Source: Oligoflexales bacterium (lineage in GTDB: Bacteria > Bdellovibrionota_B > Oligoflexia > Oligoflexales > RGVZ01). Taken from it: DNA of 64,000 nucleotides. This document shows, one piece after another, positions 10,802-21,708 of the stretch. The stretch covers positions 4,778-68,777 of the forward strand of contig JBIIGV010000002.1 of NCBI GenBank assembly GCA_044236265.1, read 5' to 3'. How positions within the stretch are numbered: the first letter of the stretch is position 1; each line of letters starts with the position of its first letter. Position numbers and translations under genes: made by a program. The notes below the pieces were generated by a model. The model had not been told where the DNA came from and made no database searches. It was given only the letters and a program-made list of their open reading frames with translations.

Positions 10802-11488
10802 TTAAATCCGCTGAATAAACTCTTCCAGGACCACTAAACCATCATCACTTCCACCCATGATTTTGTCTGTTGCTCGTTCTGGATGCGGCATCAAGCCCAA
10901 AACTTTTTTGTTTTGTGAAAACACTCCAGCAATATTTGCTACAGAACCGTTGGGATTTTGTGCATGACCAGTGACCCCATAATCATCGGAATACCTGAAG
11001 GCAACCAACCCGTCCCCCTCCAGACGAAGAAGTCCATCTTCATCGATCCAATATCGCCCTTCGCCATGTGCAATTGGCATTTTTAGAATTTTTTTATTGT
11101 GGTTAATTAGGGTCGTCTTCTTACAAATAAATGTTCGTGAATTGTTTTTGAGCAAGACCCCGGGTAGCAGACCAGTTTCAACTAATATTTGAAATCCATT
11201 ACATATCCCAAGAACGGCGCCTCCTCGTTCCGCGAAACGTTTCACGTCATTCATTATGGGTGAATGTGCAGCCAAGGCCCCGGAGCGCAAGTAATCACCG
11301 AAGCTAAATCCTCCAGGTATAATAACTGCATCCAAAGACGGAAGCTCCGCCGCCTGATGCCACACAACCTCGACCTTAATTTTGAAATGTCGGCTTAAAG
11401 CATCCGCGCAATCTGCGTCGCAGTTGGACCCCGGAAATTGCATGACACCTATGCGCGGAGTTCCAACGGGCGAGATGCGCTTATTCAT
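10802..11488 (-). CDS. purQ: FGAM synthase glutamine amidotransferase subunit PurQ
   Basis: FPGSNCD, GGFSFGDYLR, the nucleophile motif GICNGFQ and MPHPER are present. Confidence 0.93.
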   Translation of the reverse strand: MNKRISPVGTPRIGVMQFPGSNCDADCADALSRHFKIKVEVVWHQAAELPSLDAVIIPGGFSFGDYLRSGALAAHSPIMNDVKRFAERGGAVLGICNGFQILVETGLLPGVLLKNNSRTFICKKTTLINHNKKILKMPIAHGEGRYWIDEDGLLRLEGDGLVAFRYSDDYGVTGHAQNPNGSVANIAGVFSQNKKVLGLMPHPERATDKIMGGSDDGLVVLEEFIQRI

Positions 11489-11727
11489 GCATTTAGCCTC
11501 TTAATCGTAAATGTTTCAGAAACAGGGTTGGCAAGATAGCGGCTGGCAACATCATGCACGATTGACTCGGGTGCAGGTGTCTCGTGCGCGATGGAGACGA
11601 CATAGCGTTTTGCTACCGTCACAGAGTTAATTGCAGAGATGCCGTGGGTTTTCAAAGTTTCATGGATGGCCCGGCCCTCCGGGTCAAGAACTTCGGCCTT
11701 AAGCTGAACAAGAACCTCGTACTCCAT
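11485..11727 (-). CDS. purS: FGAM synthase subunit PurS
   Basis: Small protein beginning MEYEVLVQLKAEVLDPEGRAI, which matches the PurS pattern (V.LK.GVLDPQG). It overlaps the purQ start by 4 nt. The start is trimmed to ATG 11727, which has an AAGGGGG Shine-Dalgarno; the ORF track extends it to 11772. Confidence 0.8.
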   Translation of the reverse strand: MEYEVLVQLKAEVLDPEGRAIHETLKTHGISAINSVTVAKRYVVSIAHETPAPESIVHDVASRYLANPVSETFTIKRLNA

Positions 11728-11849
11728 TTGCCGACCCCCTTCATGTGGGATGTGCACTTTGACGATAGGCACTTATGTTCCATAGGCTATCATGTTGTCA
11801 ATGTCTGGACGGATGAAAATCGGCGTTGTTTCGAGGCTTAACAAAGATT

Positions 11850-11884
11850 TAACAAAAGAAAAGGCGGGCAAGAAGCCCGCCTTC
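11850..11884 (-). terminator. Rho-independent terminator after sdhB
   Basis: The minus strand reads AAGGCGGGC-TTCTT-GCCCGCCTT followed by TTCTTTTGTT, immediately 3' of the sdhB stop. Confidence 0.7.
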
Positions 11885-11886
11885 AT

Positions 11887-12660
11887 TCATTCGCCGCCAT
11901 GCCCCTCTTTGGGCGTCTCTTCTCTCACAGCCGCTCTAAAGTATTCTCGATTCATACGAGCAATATGCTCGACCGAGATTTCTTTTGGACAAGCAGCTTC
12001 GCACTCGTATTGATTCGTACAGTTTCCAAAGCCTTCCTTTTTCATTTGATCAACCATAGCGAGAACCCTACGCTCTCGCTCAGGTTTACCTTGGGGTAAA
12101 AGGCTTAACTGACTAACTTTTGCTGACACAAAAAGCATTGGGGAGGCGTTCTTACATGCAGCCACACAAGCGCCACAGCCGATGCAAACTGCTGCGTCAA
12201 ATGCTTTATCAGCATCCTGCTTTGGAACTGGAATGCAATTGGCATCCTGAGGCGAGCCGGTGTTAACGCTTATAAAGCCACCGGCCTGCTGAATTCGGTC
12301 AAATGCGCTGCGATCCACAACGAGATCTTTAAGCACTGGGAATGCTTTCGCGCGCCAAGGCTCGATGAAAATATTTTGTCCGCTCTTAAAGCTTCGCATG
12401 TGTAGCTGACATGATGTTGTCCCATACTCTGGGCCATGAGGCTCTCCGTTGATAACCAGCGAACAGCTTCCGCAAATTCCCTCACGACAATCGTGATCAA
12501 ACGCAATGGGCTCTTTCCCATTTTTTTGAAGGTCCTCATTGACTGTATCAAGCATTTCCAAAAACGAGGCGTTCTCACTAATGCCTTTAGCTTCGATAGT
12601 CTCCATTTTGCCGGCGTCTTTGGAATTTTTTTGGCGCCAAACGTGTAGTGTCAGGTCCAT
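11887..12660 (-). CDS. sdhB: Succinate dehydrogenase/fumarate reductase iron-sulfur subunit
   Basis: Three Cys clusters are present: [10 protein letters not shown]..(2Fe-2S), [11 protein letters not shown] and [12 protein letters not shown]. The stop and start abut sdhA. Confidence 0.9.
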   Translation of the reverse strand: MDLTLHVWRQKNSKDAGKMETIEAKGISENASFLEMLDTVNEDLQKNGKEPIAFDHDCREGICGSCSLVINGEPHGPEYGTTSCQLHMRSFKSGQNIFIEPWRAKAFPVLKDLVVDRSAFDRIQQAGGFISVNTGSPQDANCIPVPKQDADKAFDAAVCIGCGACVAACKNASPMLFVSAKVSQLSLLPQGKPERERRVLAMVDQMKKEGFGNCTNQYECEAACPKEISVEHIARMNREYFRAAVREETPKEGHGGE

Positions 12661-14573
12661 TATTTGTAACTCCTTGTTGCAAGCTTCACATTTTCAAAGA
12701 CAAGTGGCTCCTTATGCACGGCCGACTTCTGACCCGTCCCTTTATGCTCCCAGACTCCCACGTAGCAGAACTGATCGTCGTTACGTTTGGCCTCGCCGTC
12801 TTCGGTTTGGTGCTCAGTCCGGAAGTGGCCACCGCAACTTTCTTCGCGGTGCAAGGCGTCACGACACATGAGTTCTCCGAACTCAAGGAAATCAGCCACA
12901 CGTCCAGCTTTTTCAAGAGACTGGTTCAGTGACTCACCATCTCCAAGAACCTTAACTGACTGCCAGAACTCGTCGCGTAGCTTTGGAATCTTGACAAGCG
13001 CTTCCTCCAGCCCGACCTTGTCGCGCGCCATTCCACACTTATCCCACATGATCTTACCAAGCTCTCTATGAAAGCTATCGACCGTTCTTGATCCTTTAAT
13101 GGAAAGAAATGCTTTGGTTCTCGAACGGACTTCGTTTTCGGCGTCTTTAAATGCCGCGTTTTCTACGGTTACTTTATCGAGCTTTTCTCCAGCGAAATAA
13201 TTTGGCAGCGTGTACGGAATCACAAAGTACCCGTCAGCCAGCCCTTGCATTAAAGCGGATGCGCCAAGACGATTTGCGCCGTGATCGGAGAAGTTTGCCT
13301 CCCCCAAAACGAATAGCCCTGGAATGTTACTCATCAAGTTGTAGTCAACCCAGAGACCACCCATCGTATAGTGAACGGCCGGATAAATACGCATTGGGGT
13401 CTTGTATGGATTTTCCGCTGTAATTTTTTGATACATGTGAAACAGGTTGCCATACTTTTTCTTGATGCCATCTTCGCCAACCCGCTTGATAGAATCTGCG
13501 AAATCAAGATAAACACCCAATCCTCCAGGACCAACGCCAAGCCCTGCGTCACATGCCTCTTTCGCCGATCTTGATGCGATGTCACGGGGGGCAAGGTTGC
13601 CAAAGCTCGGATACTTGCGCTCTAGGTAGTAGTCTCTTTCCTCTTCGGGAATTTGGTGCGCCGGGCGCGTATCGCCTTTTTTCTTTGGCACCCAAACGCG
13701 ACCATCATTTCTTAGAGACTCTGACATGAGTGTCAGCTTTGACTGATAATCACCACTCACCGGGATGCATGTTGGATGGATCTGCGTATAGCAAGGATTG
13801 GCAAAGCCTGCGCCCTTCTTGTGAGCGCGCCAGGTCGCCGTCACATTGCAGCCTTTTGCATTTGTAGACAGGAAAAACACATTGCCGTAACCGCCGGTTG
13901 CAAGAATAACGGCATGCGCTGCATGAGATGAAATCTCTCCTGTTACGAGATTTCTGACGACGATCCCGCGCGCCTTGCCATCTACCATGACCAGCTCAAG
14001 CATCTCTGTTCTTGGATACATTTTAACTGAGCCACGGTTTATTTCACGGTTTAGAGCCGAATAGGCCCCGAGAAGCAGTTGCTGTCCAGTTTGACCGCGC
14101 GCATAAAATGTTCGGCTCACCTGTGCTCCACCGAAAGAGCGATTATCAAGCAAACCACCGTAGTCGCGAGCAAACGGCACGCCTTGCGCAACACACTGAT
14201 CGATAATATTTCGACTCACCTCAGCAAGCCGGTGAACATTTGCTTCCCGCGCTCTGAAGTCGCCACCTTTGATGGTGTCGTAAAAAAGTCGTCGTACAGA
14301 GTCGCCGTCACCTTGATAATTTTTAGCCGCATTGATTCCACCCTGAGCCGCAATTGAATGAGCGCGCCTTGGACTATCCTGGAAGCAGAAGCATTTGACG
14401 TTATAACCTAAACCACCAAGCGTTGCCGCCGCTGACGAACCAGCCAGCCCGCTACCAACGACAATGACATCGTATTTTCTACGGTTCGCCGGATTGACGA
14501 GCTTCATGTCAAACTTGTGTTTTTCCCATTTTCCTTCTAGCGGCCCTGACGGGATTTTCGAATCTAAATTCAT
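12660..14573 (-). CDS. sdhA: Succinate dehydrogenase/fumarate reductase flavoprotein subunit
   Basis: FAD fold [14 protein letters not shown], the covalent-FAD region [14 protein letters not shown], and HYTMGGL and [18 protein letters not shown] are present. The 637-aa length fits type B enzymes. Confidence 0.93.
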   Translation of the reverse strand: MNLDSKIPSGPLEGKWEKHKFDMKLVNPANRRKYDVIVVGSGLAGSSAAATLGGLGYNVKCFCFQDSPRRAHSIAAQGGINAAKNYQGDGDSVRRLFYDTIKGGDFRAREANVHRLAEVSRNIIDQCVAQGVPFARDYGGLLDNRSFGGAQVSRTFYARGQTGQQLLLGAYSALNREINRGSVKMYPRTEMLELVMVDGKARGIVVRNLVTGEISSHAAHAVILATGGYGNVFFLSTNAKGCNVTATWRAHKKGAGFANPCYTQIHPTCIPVSGDYQSKLTLMSESLRNDGRVWVPKKKGDTRPAHQIPEEERDYYLERKYPSFGNLAPRDIASRSAKEACDAGLGVGPGGLGVYLDFADSIKRVGEDGIKKKYGNLFHMYQKITAENPYKTPMRIYPAVHYTMGGLWVDYNLMSNIPGLFVLGEANFSDHGANRLGASALMQGLADGYFVIPYTLPNYFAGEKLDKVTVENAAFKDAENEVRSRTKAFLSIKGSRTVDSFHRELGKIMWDKCGMARDKVGLEEALVKIPKLRDEFWQSVKVLGDGESLNQSLEKAGRVADFLEFGELMCRDALHREESCGGHFRTEHQTEDGEAKRNDDQFCYVGVWEHKGTGQKSAVHKEPLVFENVKLATRSYK

Positions 14574-14585
14574 GAGAGGCCTCCC

Positions 14586-15251
14586 TTATTTCACTAAGCC
14601 AGCTAGTACCGCCAGCGGAATGCTTGAAAAACCAACAAAGACAATGGTCGCTACGATGGGTCCTAATTTTTCCGTCATTGGGTTTAAATTTCCATGATAA
14701 AGACCCAACGTTTGAAACACGCTGCTGACGCCGTGGCACAAGTGAAACGACAACGCCAACATTGCCAGGACATAAAATCCACTCACCGCTGGTGATGAAA
14801 ATCCAGCGATAACCATCGCATAAATATCTCCTTCAGGAAGAGATGCGAAACTAGGATCCGTCCAGCGAAATGTGTAATGAGCCAAATGAAAGGCGATAAA
14901 CGCTGCCATCATTAAGCCCGTGTGAATCATATATCTCGATGCAAACGAGGCTTGTATTGTCGCCTCGTGCGCGTACTTAACAGGGCGTGCTGATCTGTTT
15001 TCAGCGGATAGTTTAACCGCCAGATAAACGTGCAACACAAATGCGCCTAAAAGACCAAGACGAGCCACCCACAACAGAGCGCCCAATGACTTCAGCCCTG
15101 CTGCATAGGCATTGAATTTTTCAGCCCCGGCAAAAATAAGCAAATTGCCAGAAAGGTGCGCAAGAACGAAACCCGTTAGCATGAGTCCGGTGACTGCCAT
15201 AAGCATCTTCGCGCCGACGGATGAGTTGAAAAGCCTGTCACAAAGTTTCAT
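14586..15251 (-). CDS. sdhC: Succinate dehydrogenase cytochrome b subunit (type B, 5-TM, b558-like)
   Basis: 221-aa polytopic membrane protein with conserved His residues in helices. It lies directly upstream of sdhA-sdhB on the same strand. Confidence 0.7.
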   Translation of the reverse strand: MKLCDRLFNSSVGAKMLMAVTGLMLTGFVLAHLSGNLLIFAGAEKFNAYAAGLKSLGALLWVARLGLLGAFVLHVYLAVKLSAENRSARPVKYAHEATIQASFASRYMIHTGLMMAAFIAFHLAHYTFRWTDPSFASLPEGDIYAMVIAGFSSPAVSGFYVLAMLALSFHLCHGVSSVFQTLGLYHGNLNPMTEKLGPIVATIVFVGFSSIPLAVLAGLVK

Positions 15252-15317
15252 GACCCTCTCCTGAAAAGATAGATAACAGGGCTGTAGTTTAGCACAGCTT
15301 TGAACGGGCCTAAATCT

Positions 15318-17900
15318 TTATCCTACAAGGACTTTCCGCATTTTTTCCGGGTCAAAATATTTTGCAGCGGCCTGCCTAATAGTGGCAGCGTCCACACTCT
15401 CAACGGACTGGGGATATTTCATAAAGTCATCCCAACCCTGACCGTAAAGTTCCATGAGCGCCATAGTCATTGACTGGGAGCTCGTCCGCTGCAAGCCAAT
15501 CTCATGACTACCTAAAATATAGGCCTTTGCCCTGGTAATCTCTTCCTCTGTAGGGCCTTCTGTTGAAATTTTGCGCAACTCCCGCTTCAAACCATCAAGA
15601 GCCTGCTCTGTCTTGTCGTGACTGGTGGCAATGTAGGCCCCAATCATACCGCCAAGCACGCCCTGTGAATGCAGCGGGGAGACAGAGTAGGCTAAACTCT
15701 CCTTTTCCCTGAGGGAGCTGAAAAGCCGACCACCATGTCCACCCATAATGTTGGTCAACACGTCAATCGCTGCCCGGTATGGGTCCCCCCACTTAGGGCC
15801 GCTACCAGCCAGAGCAAGGTGCGCCTGCTCTTGGTTTCGCCTTGGCTTTAACGGCACGCCCAGCAAAGATAGATCTTCTGTAAGCGTAGCTGCAAAATCC
15901 CGACGGGATTTTTTTGGTGAAAATCCAGCGAATGATTTTGTCATCACTCTTTCGACACGATCAACTGGGACACCACCTGCGATGGCTATGACCCATGGTC
16001 CTCGGTCGCGCCACGATTCAAAAAAGGTCTCTAACTTGGCAGCAGTAAAGTCTTTAACTGTGCGCTCAATGCCAGTCACAGGGAGTGCGTAGGGATGTTT
16101 CCCAAACACCTCCTGATGCAATCTGCGCATACATATCCATGACGCGCTGTCTTGCTGCAGTTTCAAAGATTCCAGTGTTTCCCTTCGATAGGCGTCCCAC
16201 TGCTCTTCAGGAAACGACGGCTCAAGAATCGCGTGTGCAAGGCAATCGACCATCTCCTCCACTTGATCTTCAGTGCAATGCATCTCAAAGCCTACGCTGT
16301 CTTTGCCACTAAAGCCGCCCAAGACAGATCCAAGATCTTCGATACGCCCAGAAAAAATTTCAAATGGCTTTGTCTTTGTTGCAAGACCCAATAGCGTTGC
16401 CAAAGCATGGAAAATTCCGGCACTCGCCATGTCCTCACCACGAAGGCCTCCCTCAGTCGATGCGGACACACTAAACATTTTTGCACCATCAATATGACGG
16501 TAAATAACAGGAACGTCAGAGCCAACCGTAAATCGATGAACTGAGACGGCAGCATTGGCTGATGCCATCTTTGGCTTGGTCACTGCTTTTTTTTGCCCCT
16601 CGGCAACGCCTGCTCTGAATGTTTCCACCAGCCTCTGCTCGCTCGGAGCATGGGCTTTGTCGCAAAGAACAACAATCAATGCATCGTTGAAGTTCCAGTC
16701 TCTGCGCATAGCTGGAGGCAACTCATCCACCGGACTTTCGTTCAACAAACGCTCATAAACATCTTCAAACTTGTCTTTCATAGTAGTAGCAAGGCCGGAC
16801 ACCAGGGCTCTGGCCACGCCGTCAACCGTTTCTTCTCTGTGAATTTTTCCAATCCTGGAAGCCGCTCTCGCTCGATCGACTTCCTGCTGAGTTGGTGGTT
16901 CTGAACTTGTTACTAGGGACAACTCCCGAGCGATTGCAAATGTTGCCGCCTCAAAATTAGAAGGCTCCAACGCAGCACTTACTTCAAATACGCCCTCAAA
17001 CACCGGCGTATAGGCCGAGGCACCAATAGCGTTGACGATTCCCTCTTTTTCTTTGAGCCGGCGCTGGAGCCTTGACACATCGCTTCCACCAAGGACATAT
17101 GCGGCTAAATCAATTAGGGGACAGTCTGGTGAGTCCATCGGTGGAGCACCCAGAGCCACGTCCAAACGTGTTTGTTCAAAGTCACCAGTTATGACAATAG
17201 CTCGAACGTCGCCACTCTTTGCGCGGGAAAGACTGCGGTGCCGAGCAGGCCCGCAACTTATTTCTGGCAAATTTGCAGATACGTTCTGACCAAAATATTT
17301 TTTTGCATATTTTTGGGCGTCATCCTCTGGAAGATTGCCAACAACAACAAGCGACATGTTTTCCGGACGATACCACCGTCGCCAAAACCCAACGAGTGTG
17401 TCACGAGAAAAGTGTTTAACCTCGTCAGAAAAACCAATAACAGGCCGACCAGCCTCTGTGCCTGCATACAGAGTGGAGAAAATCTTTCGCCCCATCTGTG
17501 CGCCTGGATCATCATTGCCACGCTTTATTTCCTCAAGAATTACGTCTCGTTCTCGCGCGAATTCAACCTCGTCAAACGAACTGTGAAAAATCGCGTCCGA
17601 TAAAATATCAAATCCAAGCTCCGCCTGAGAGGACGGCATGGTCAGATAAAAAACGGTCTTATCAAAGGTGGTGTAGGCATTAATGTCTCCACCAGCGCCC
17701 TCCACGAGCGAGGCGATCTGTCCAACCCCTCTTCTCTGCGTTCCCTTAAAAAGCATGTGTTCAAGAAAATGGGCAACCCCTCTCTCGTTGGCGCGCTCAT
17801 CGAGAGATCCAGCCCAAACAATGCACTGAATCGAGACAACATTGGCCCCCGCTCGCGGGCAGACTACATATTCGAGGCCATTAGCAAAACGATCGCGCAT
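15318..17900 (-). CDS. M16 (pitrilysin) family zinc peptidase, tandem double-unit protein
   Basis: The inverted zinc motif HFLEHMLFKGT plus EE..R lies in the N-terminal unit. A second M16-like unit without HxxEH forms the C-terminal half. Total length 860 aa. Confidence 0.85.
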   Translation of the reverse strand: MRDRFANGLEYVVCPRAGANVVSIQCIVWAGSLDERANERGVAHFLEHMLFKGTQRRGVGQIASLVEGAGGDINAYTTFDKTVFYLTMPSSQAELGFDILSDAIFHSSFDEVEFARERDVILEEIKRGNDDPGAQMGRKIFSTLYAGTEAGRPVIGFSDEVKHFSRDTLVGFWRRWYRPENMSLVVVGNLPEDDAQKYAKKYFGQNVSANLPEISCGPARHRSLSRAKSGDVRAIVITGDFEQTRLDVALGAPPMDSPDCPLIDLAAYVLGGSDVSRLQRRLKEKEGIVNAIGASAYTPVFEGVFEVSAALEPSNFEAATFAIARELSLVTSSEPPTQQEVDRARAASRIGKIHREETVDGVARALVSGLATTMKDKFEDVYERLLNESPVDELPPAMRRDWNFNDALIVVLCDKAHAPSEQRLVETFRAGVAEGQKKAVTKPKMASANAAVSVHRFTVGSDVPVIYRHIDGAKMFSVSASTEGGLRGEDMASAGIFHALATLLGLATKTKPFEIFSGRIEDLGSVLGGFSGKDSVGFEMHCTEDQVEEMVDCLAHAILEPSFPEEQWDAYRRETLESLKLQQDSASWICMRRLHQEVFGKHPYALPVTGIERTVKDFTAAKLETFFESWRDRGPWVIAIAGGVPVDRVERVMTKSFAGFSPKKSRRDFAATLTEDLSLLGVPLKPRRNQEQAHLALAGSGPKWGDPYRAAIDVLTNIMGGHGGRLFSSLREKESLAYSVSPLHSQGVLGGMIGAYIATSHDKTEQALDGLKRELRKISTEGPTEEEITRAKAYILGSHEIGLQRTSSQSMTMALMELYGQGWDDFMKYPQSVESVDAATIRQAAAKYFDPEKMRKVLVG

Positions 17901-17933
17901 AATTAAACTTTCTCAAAAAATATCGCCAGATCA

Positions 17934-18950
17934 TTACATAGCGATCTCAAGGCCCAATGCTACAGCGTGATGAACGGATTCAACACTTGTATTCGGTCTC
18001 ATCGCTTGATAGCTGAAATTAAATTGCTGATTTACTAAGGACACGCCACCGGCGACTCTTGTTGCCGATTCTTTTCCCGTAACTTCTTGCCCAACAGAGG
18101 CAATCAGACGAAGTAAATCGTAGACTTTAACCACGGCGCTACCGACTAATAAATTTTCTGGGACACTCTGAGAGTTTTCTGCAGTGCTGGCCATCGATAA
18201 ACCTGGCGCTGTGCCTTCGTAGACACTAACAGACTCGCGACGGCGATAATCTAGATTCAACGTGGCAATGTCTCCGAGAAAAAAACTAGCGCCCGCGCGG
18301 TAAAAGGTCGGGGCAGCGAATTGAATTTTTTTGTTGGCTAGATTTTCGGCCGAAATACCCACGCGCATTGCGCGAGATACCTGAGCAGCCAGACCAAGAC
18401 CAAGCGTAAAACTCTTCACTGGCTTTGAATCGTCAGACAAAAGACTGTCTTCTGGTGGGCGTGCTTCCACATAACTTCCTGACGCGCCAAGAAATGCTTT
18501 GCCCACGGGCACAGCAAACGCAAGACTTCCCCTGCGCAGCACAGGTGAATCCATCGAAAGAGAGGTCTCCTCACTCCCCGCTCCTGTTGCCTTGGTGTCG
18601 ACTAAACCTTGGTATTGATCCATGGCACTTGTATAAAGCACACCGGCGGCTATGGAGCTTGTCTTCCCATCTACAACGCCTAGTTGATAGAAGTCCCGAC
18701 CAGCTACGGGCCAATGATATGAGGCGTTTACAGAGTACTCACGGTCCATGCCAAGTACTGCCGGATTTGCGCGCACAGCGGAGACACCGCCTAATCCCGT
18801 CGCCACGGATCCACCAAAGGCAAGCGAATGGCCGCCCGTTGACTCATACTCTTCGGGAACCTTCGTGCTAGCTGCCATGGCAAACTTTGCGCCGAAAGCT
18901 GTGAGGAAAAAAATAAAACATATCGCTCGTCTTGGTCGATATTGAACCAT
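17934..18950 (-). CDS. Putative outer-membrane beta-barrel protein
   Basis: N-terminal signal peptide (ICFIFFLTAFGAKFAMAAS). Alternating amphipathic G/S/A/Y-rich strands run throughout. No specific family recognised. Confidence 0.4.
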   Translation of the reverse strand: MVQYRPRRAICFIFFLTAFGAKFAMAASTKVPEEYESTGGHSLAFGGSVATGLGGVSAVRANPAVLGMDREYSVNASYHWPVAGRDFYQLGVVDGKTSSIAAGVLYTSAMDQYQGLVDTKATGAGSEETSLSMDSPVLRRGSLAFAVPVGKAFLGASGSYVEARPPEDSLLSDDSKPVKSFTLGLGLAAQVSRAMRVGISAENLANKKIQFAAPTFYRAGASFFLGDIATLNLDYRRRESVSVYEGTAPGLSMASTAENSQSVPENLLVGSAVVKVYDLLRLIASVGQEVTGKESATRVAGGVSLVNQQFNFSYQAMRPNTSVESVHHAVALGLEIAM

Positions 18951-19084
18951 GAGTCACCCCTCTTCTTCCACGCTACGCTTTTGGTCAAAAAACTTTAAAA
19001 TACAAAGCCGTGCCGCGAACGTCTTTCAACATTCTAGCAAGATTGACGGTAAGGTTCACCTGACGCGCCGATGAATTAAGACTT

Positions 19085-19444
19085 TTACTCGGACTTAATG
19101 CCTGCAGCCTTCGGACTCTGTGATTCGATGGCACTTTTCAAAACTTTAATGACAGTGTCGCCCGCAACTTCAACGCTGACAAAGCTGTCCGCGACCGATT
19201 TCACACGACCAATGATTCCGCCCGAGGTAATCACCTCGTCACCAGCCTTAAGACTTGCCAAAAAAGCCTGATGATCCTTAGCCCGGCGTTGCTGTGGTCG
19301 AATCATAAAAAAGTACATTATCAATAGAAATCCCAATGGCATAACCAGCATCTCTAAAGTTGAAGGCCCCGGTTGACCCTGGGCTTGGGCGGCGGCCGCT
19401 GTGCTCATTAGAATCATTGCGAAAAAAGTTGCTAATCTGGACAT
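19085..19444 (-). CDS. yajC: Preprotein translocase subunit YajC
   Basis: A single TM is followed by IRPQQRRAKDHQAFLASLKAGDEVITSGGIIGRVKSV, the YajC signature. Confidence 0.85.
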   Translation of the reverse strand: MSRLATFFAMILMSTAAAAQAQGQPGPSTLEMLVMPLGFLLIMYFFMIRPQQRRAKDHQAFLASLKAGDEVITSGGIIGRVKSVADSFVSVEVAGDTVIKVLKSAIESQSPKAAGIKSE

Positions 19445-19644
19445 GGCTGAAATGTTACTCCCAAGGGTGACTAAGTATTTTTAGACCGGGCTCAAAACTA
19501 CTGATGAGCGGGTGCAAGATCAATCCTAATGTGGCATAAAAAGCCTTAACCATAAGATTTTCCGTCCAGGCCAACATGTCTCCACGAAGGCAGGCGGCGG
19601 AACTTAATTTGATTAGCAATCATTGCGGCGGTTTTATTAATTTC

Positions 19645-21708
19645 ATGATTGATTTAGGCACGTTAAATCCCGAGCAAAGGACCGCAGTCGAGACTATCGA
19701 CGGCCCGGTCCTTGTGCTTGCGGGGGCAGGCACAGGCAAGACTAAAGCTATAACCATGCGTATGGCCTACATGATCTCCATGGGCATTGCCCCGGAGGCG
19801 ATCGCCGCCATGACGTTTACCAACAAAGCAGCTCGCGAGATGGCCGAGCGCCTTCGACAGCTGGTCGGTGAAAAAACCGCCTCCAAGGTGAGGCTTGGGA
19901 CGTTTCATAGCTTTTGTCTTAATATTCTTCGTGAGTTTGGTGACCGCATCGGAATTCCTAAGAAATTTTCTTTAGCAGGAACCGGCGACCAACTTGATTT
20001 ACTTCGGCGCGCACTTCAAGAAGAACTCGCACTTGCCGCCGTCAACGTCGAAGCATTGCATGCAGAGATCAGCCGCGCAAAGAACGCCCTGCTTACTCCA
20101 GAAGACTTTTCTAAGAGGGCCCTGCACATCGCCATTGGTGTCGAAGCCGAGCTGATGGTCAAAGCCTACGAACTATACGAAAGACAACTAAAACTAAATC
20201 GTATGATCGATTTTGATGACTGTATTTTCAAAGCCGTCCAGATTCTTGAACAGTTTCCAGAAGTCAGAGGACAACTGGAAAATCGCTATCGTTATTTTAT
20301 GGTCGATGAATTCCAGGACACAAACGCGGCCCAGCTGAAAATTTTGGAGCTTCTCGGCAGCCGGCACAAAAATGTTTGTGTCGTCGGTGATGATGACCAA
20401 TCTATTTACAGTTGGCGCGGGGCTTTATTTGAGACCCTCGAAAAGTTTGAGACCATGTTTCCAGGAACGCGCCTCATCAAGCTCGAGCAGAATTATCGAT
20501 GTACCAATGTGATTCTTGATGCTGCCAACGCAGTTATAAAAAATAATACAAAACGAAAAGATAAAACCCTTTGGAGCGCTAATGATGGTTCATGGCCGAT
20601 CCAAGTTCAAACTTTAGCCTCTGATGAGGAAGAGGCGAGATTTATTGCCGACAAATGCATGTCATTTATTGGCGAGGGGTTTAGACCTGCAGACATCGCG
20701 GTGTTGTATCGTGCCAACAATCAGGCGCGCGGCATTGAACTAGCATTAAGGGAAGTAAACATTCCCTACGAAACATTTGGAGGCGGAAGTTTTTTTGAAA
20801 GAAAAGAGGTTAAAGATTTTTTAGCCTACGTTCGCGTACTGGCAAGGCCTCACGACCGTATCGCGTTCTACAGAATTATCAACACTCCTAATCGTGGCAT
20901 TGGGATCAGATCACTAGAAAAAATTGAGGAGCATTCCAATAAAACAAACGAGTCACCATGGTCAGTTGCACGAACCTCTGGTGACAAGTTGGGCTTAACC
21001 GGGAAGTCCCAACAAAGTCTTCAGCAATTTGTTTCTGATATGGAGGAGCTCGCCTCTCAAAACCTAACAACTCCTGAGGACATAGAGTCCCTTGGTCACG
21101 AAATCATAAAAAGATTTTCTTTGGCTCAAGATATCCGAGCGCACACAAAAGACCCGGCCAGCCAAGAACGTAAAATTGATGCACTTAAAAGCCTGCCGAA
21201 GTGGCTTCATAGCGCAGCCAAAGACGTTTTGAAAGAAACCGGCACGGCCAATATTCATGACCTTCTTGATCGACTGACTTTAAATGATCGTGACATCAGT
21301 GACCGCGATGAAAACGGTCGTCCTAACCGGGTCTCACTCATGACAATCCACGCCTCCAAAGGCCTGGAGTTTCCGGCGGTCTTGGTTTGTGGCCTGGAAG
21401 AAGATCTTTTTCCGCACAAAAACTCGTCTTCAAACTCCCACGGCGTGATGGAAGAGCGAAGGCTATTTTACGTAGCTTTAACCAGGGCAAAATCGAGACT
21501 CACACTTACATGGGCTGCCGAGCGCGGTGTTGGGACTATGAAATCGTCACGTCTGCCCAGTCGGTTTTTATCTGAACTTCCTTCCGAAGTGTTTCAGTCA
21601 AACCAGTCCGCAAGGACCGCCTCTGAAGAAACGGCGGATCGCCAGAAGAAAACGGTGTCCGCTTTGAAGAATCTTCGAGCAAATCTCAAACCGAACGCGA
21701 GAATTTGA
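19645..21708 (+). CDS. UvrD/PcrA/Rep-family ATP-dependent DNA helicase
   Basis: LNPEQRTAV, Walker A AGAGTGKT, DEFQDTN, QNYRC, IHASKGLEFP and FYVALTRAK are present. The start is trimmed to ATG 19645 (MIDLGTLNPEQ). Confidence 0.9.
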   Translation: MIDLGTLNPEQRTAVETIDGPVLVLAGAGTGKTKAITMRMAYMISMGIAPEAIAAMTFTNKAAREMAERLRQLVGEKTASKVRLGTFHSFCLNILREFGDRIGIPKKFSLAGTGDQLDLLRRALQEELALAAVNVEALHAEISRAKNALLTPEDFSKRALHIAIGVEAELMVKAYELYERQLKLNRMIDFDDCIFKAVQILEQFPEVRGQLENRYRYFMVDEFQDTNAAQLKILELLGSRHKNVCVVGDDDQSIYSWRGALFETLEKFETMFPGTRLIKLEQNYRCTNVILDAANAVIKNNTKRKDKTLWSANDGSWPIQVQTLASDEEEARFIADKCMSFIGEGFRPADIAVLYRANNQARGIELALREVNIPYETFGGGSFFERKEVKDFLAYVRVLARPHDRIAFYRIINTPNRGIGIRSLEKIEEHSNKTNESPWSVARTSGDKLGLTGKSQQSLQQFVSDMEELASQNLTTPEDIESLGHEIIKRFSLAQDIRAHTKDPASQERKIDALKSLPKWLHSAAKDVLKETGTANIHDLLDRLTLNDRDISDRDENGRPNRVSLMTIHASKGLEFPAVLVCGLEEDLFPHKNSSSNSHGVMEERRLFYVALTRAKSRLTLTWAAERGVGTMKSSRLPSRFLSELPSEVFQSNQSARTASEETADRQKKTVSALKNLRANLKPNARI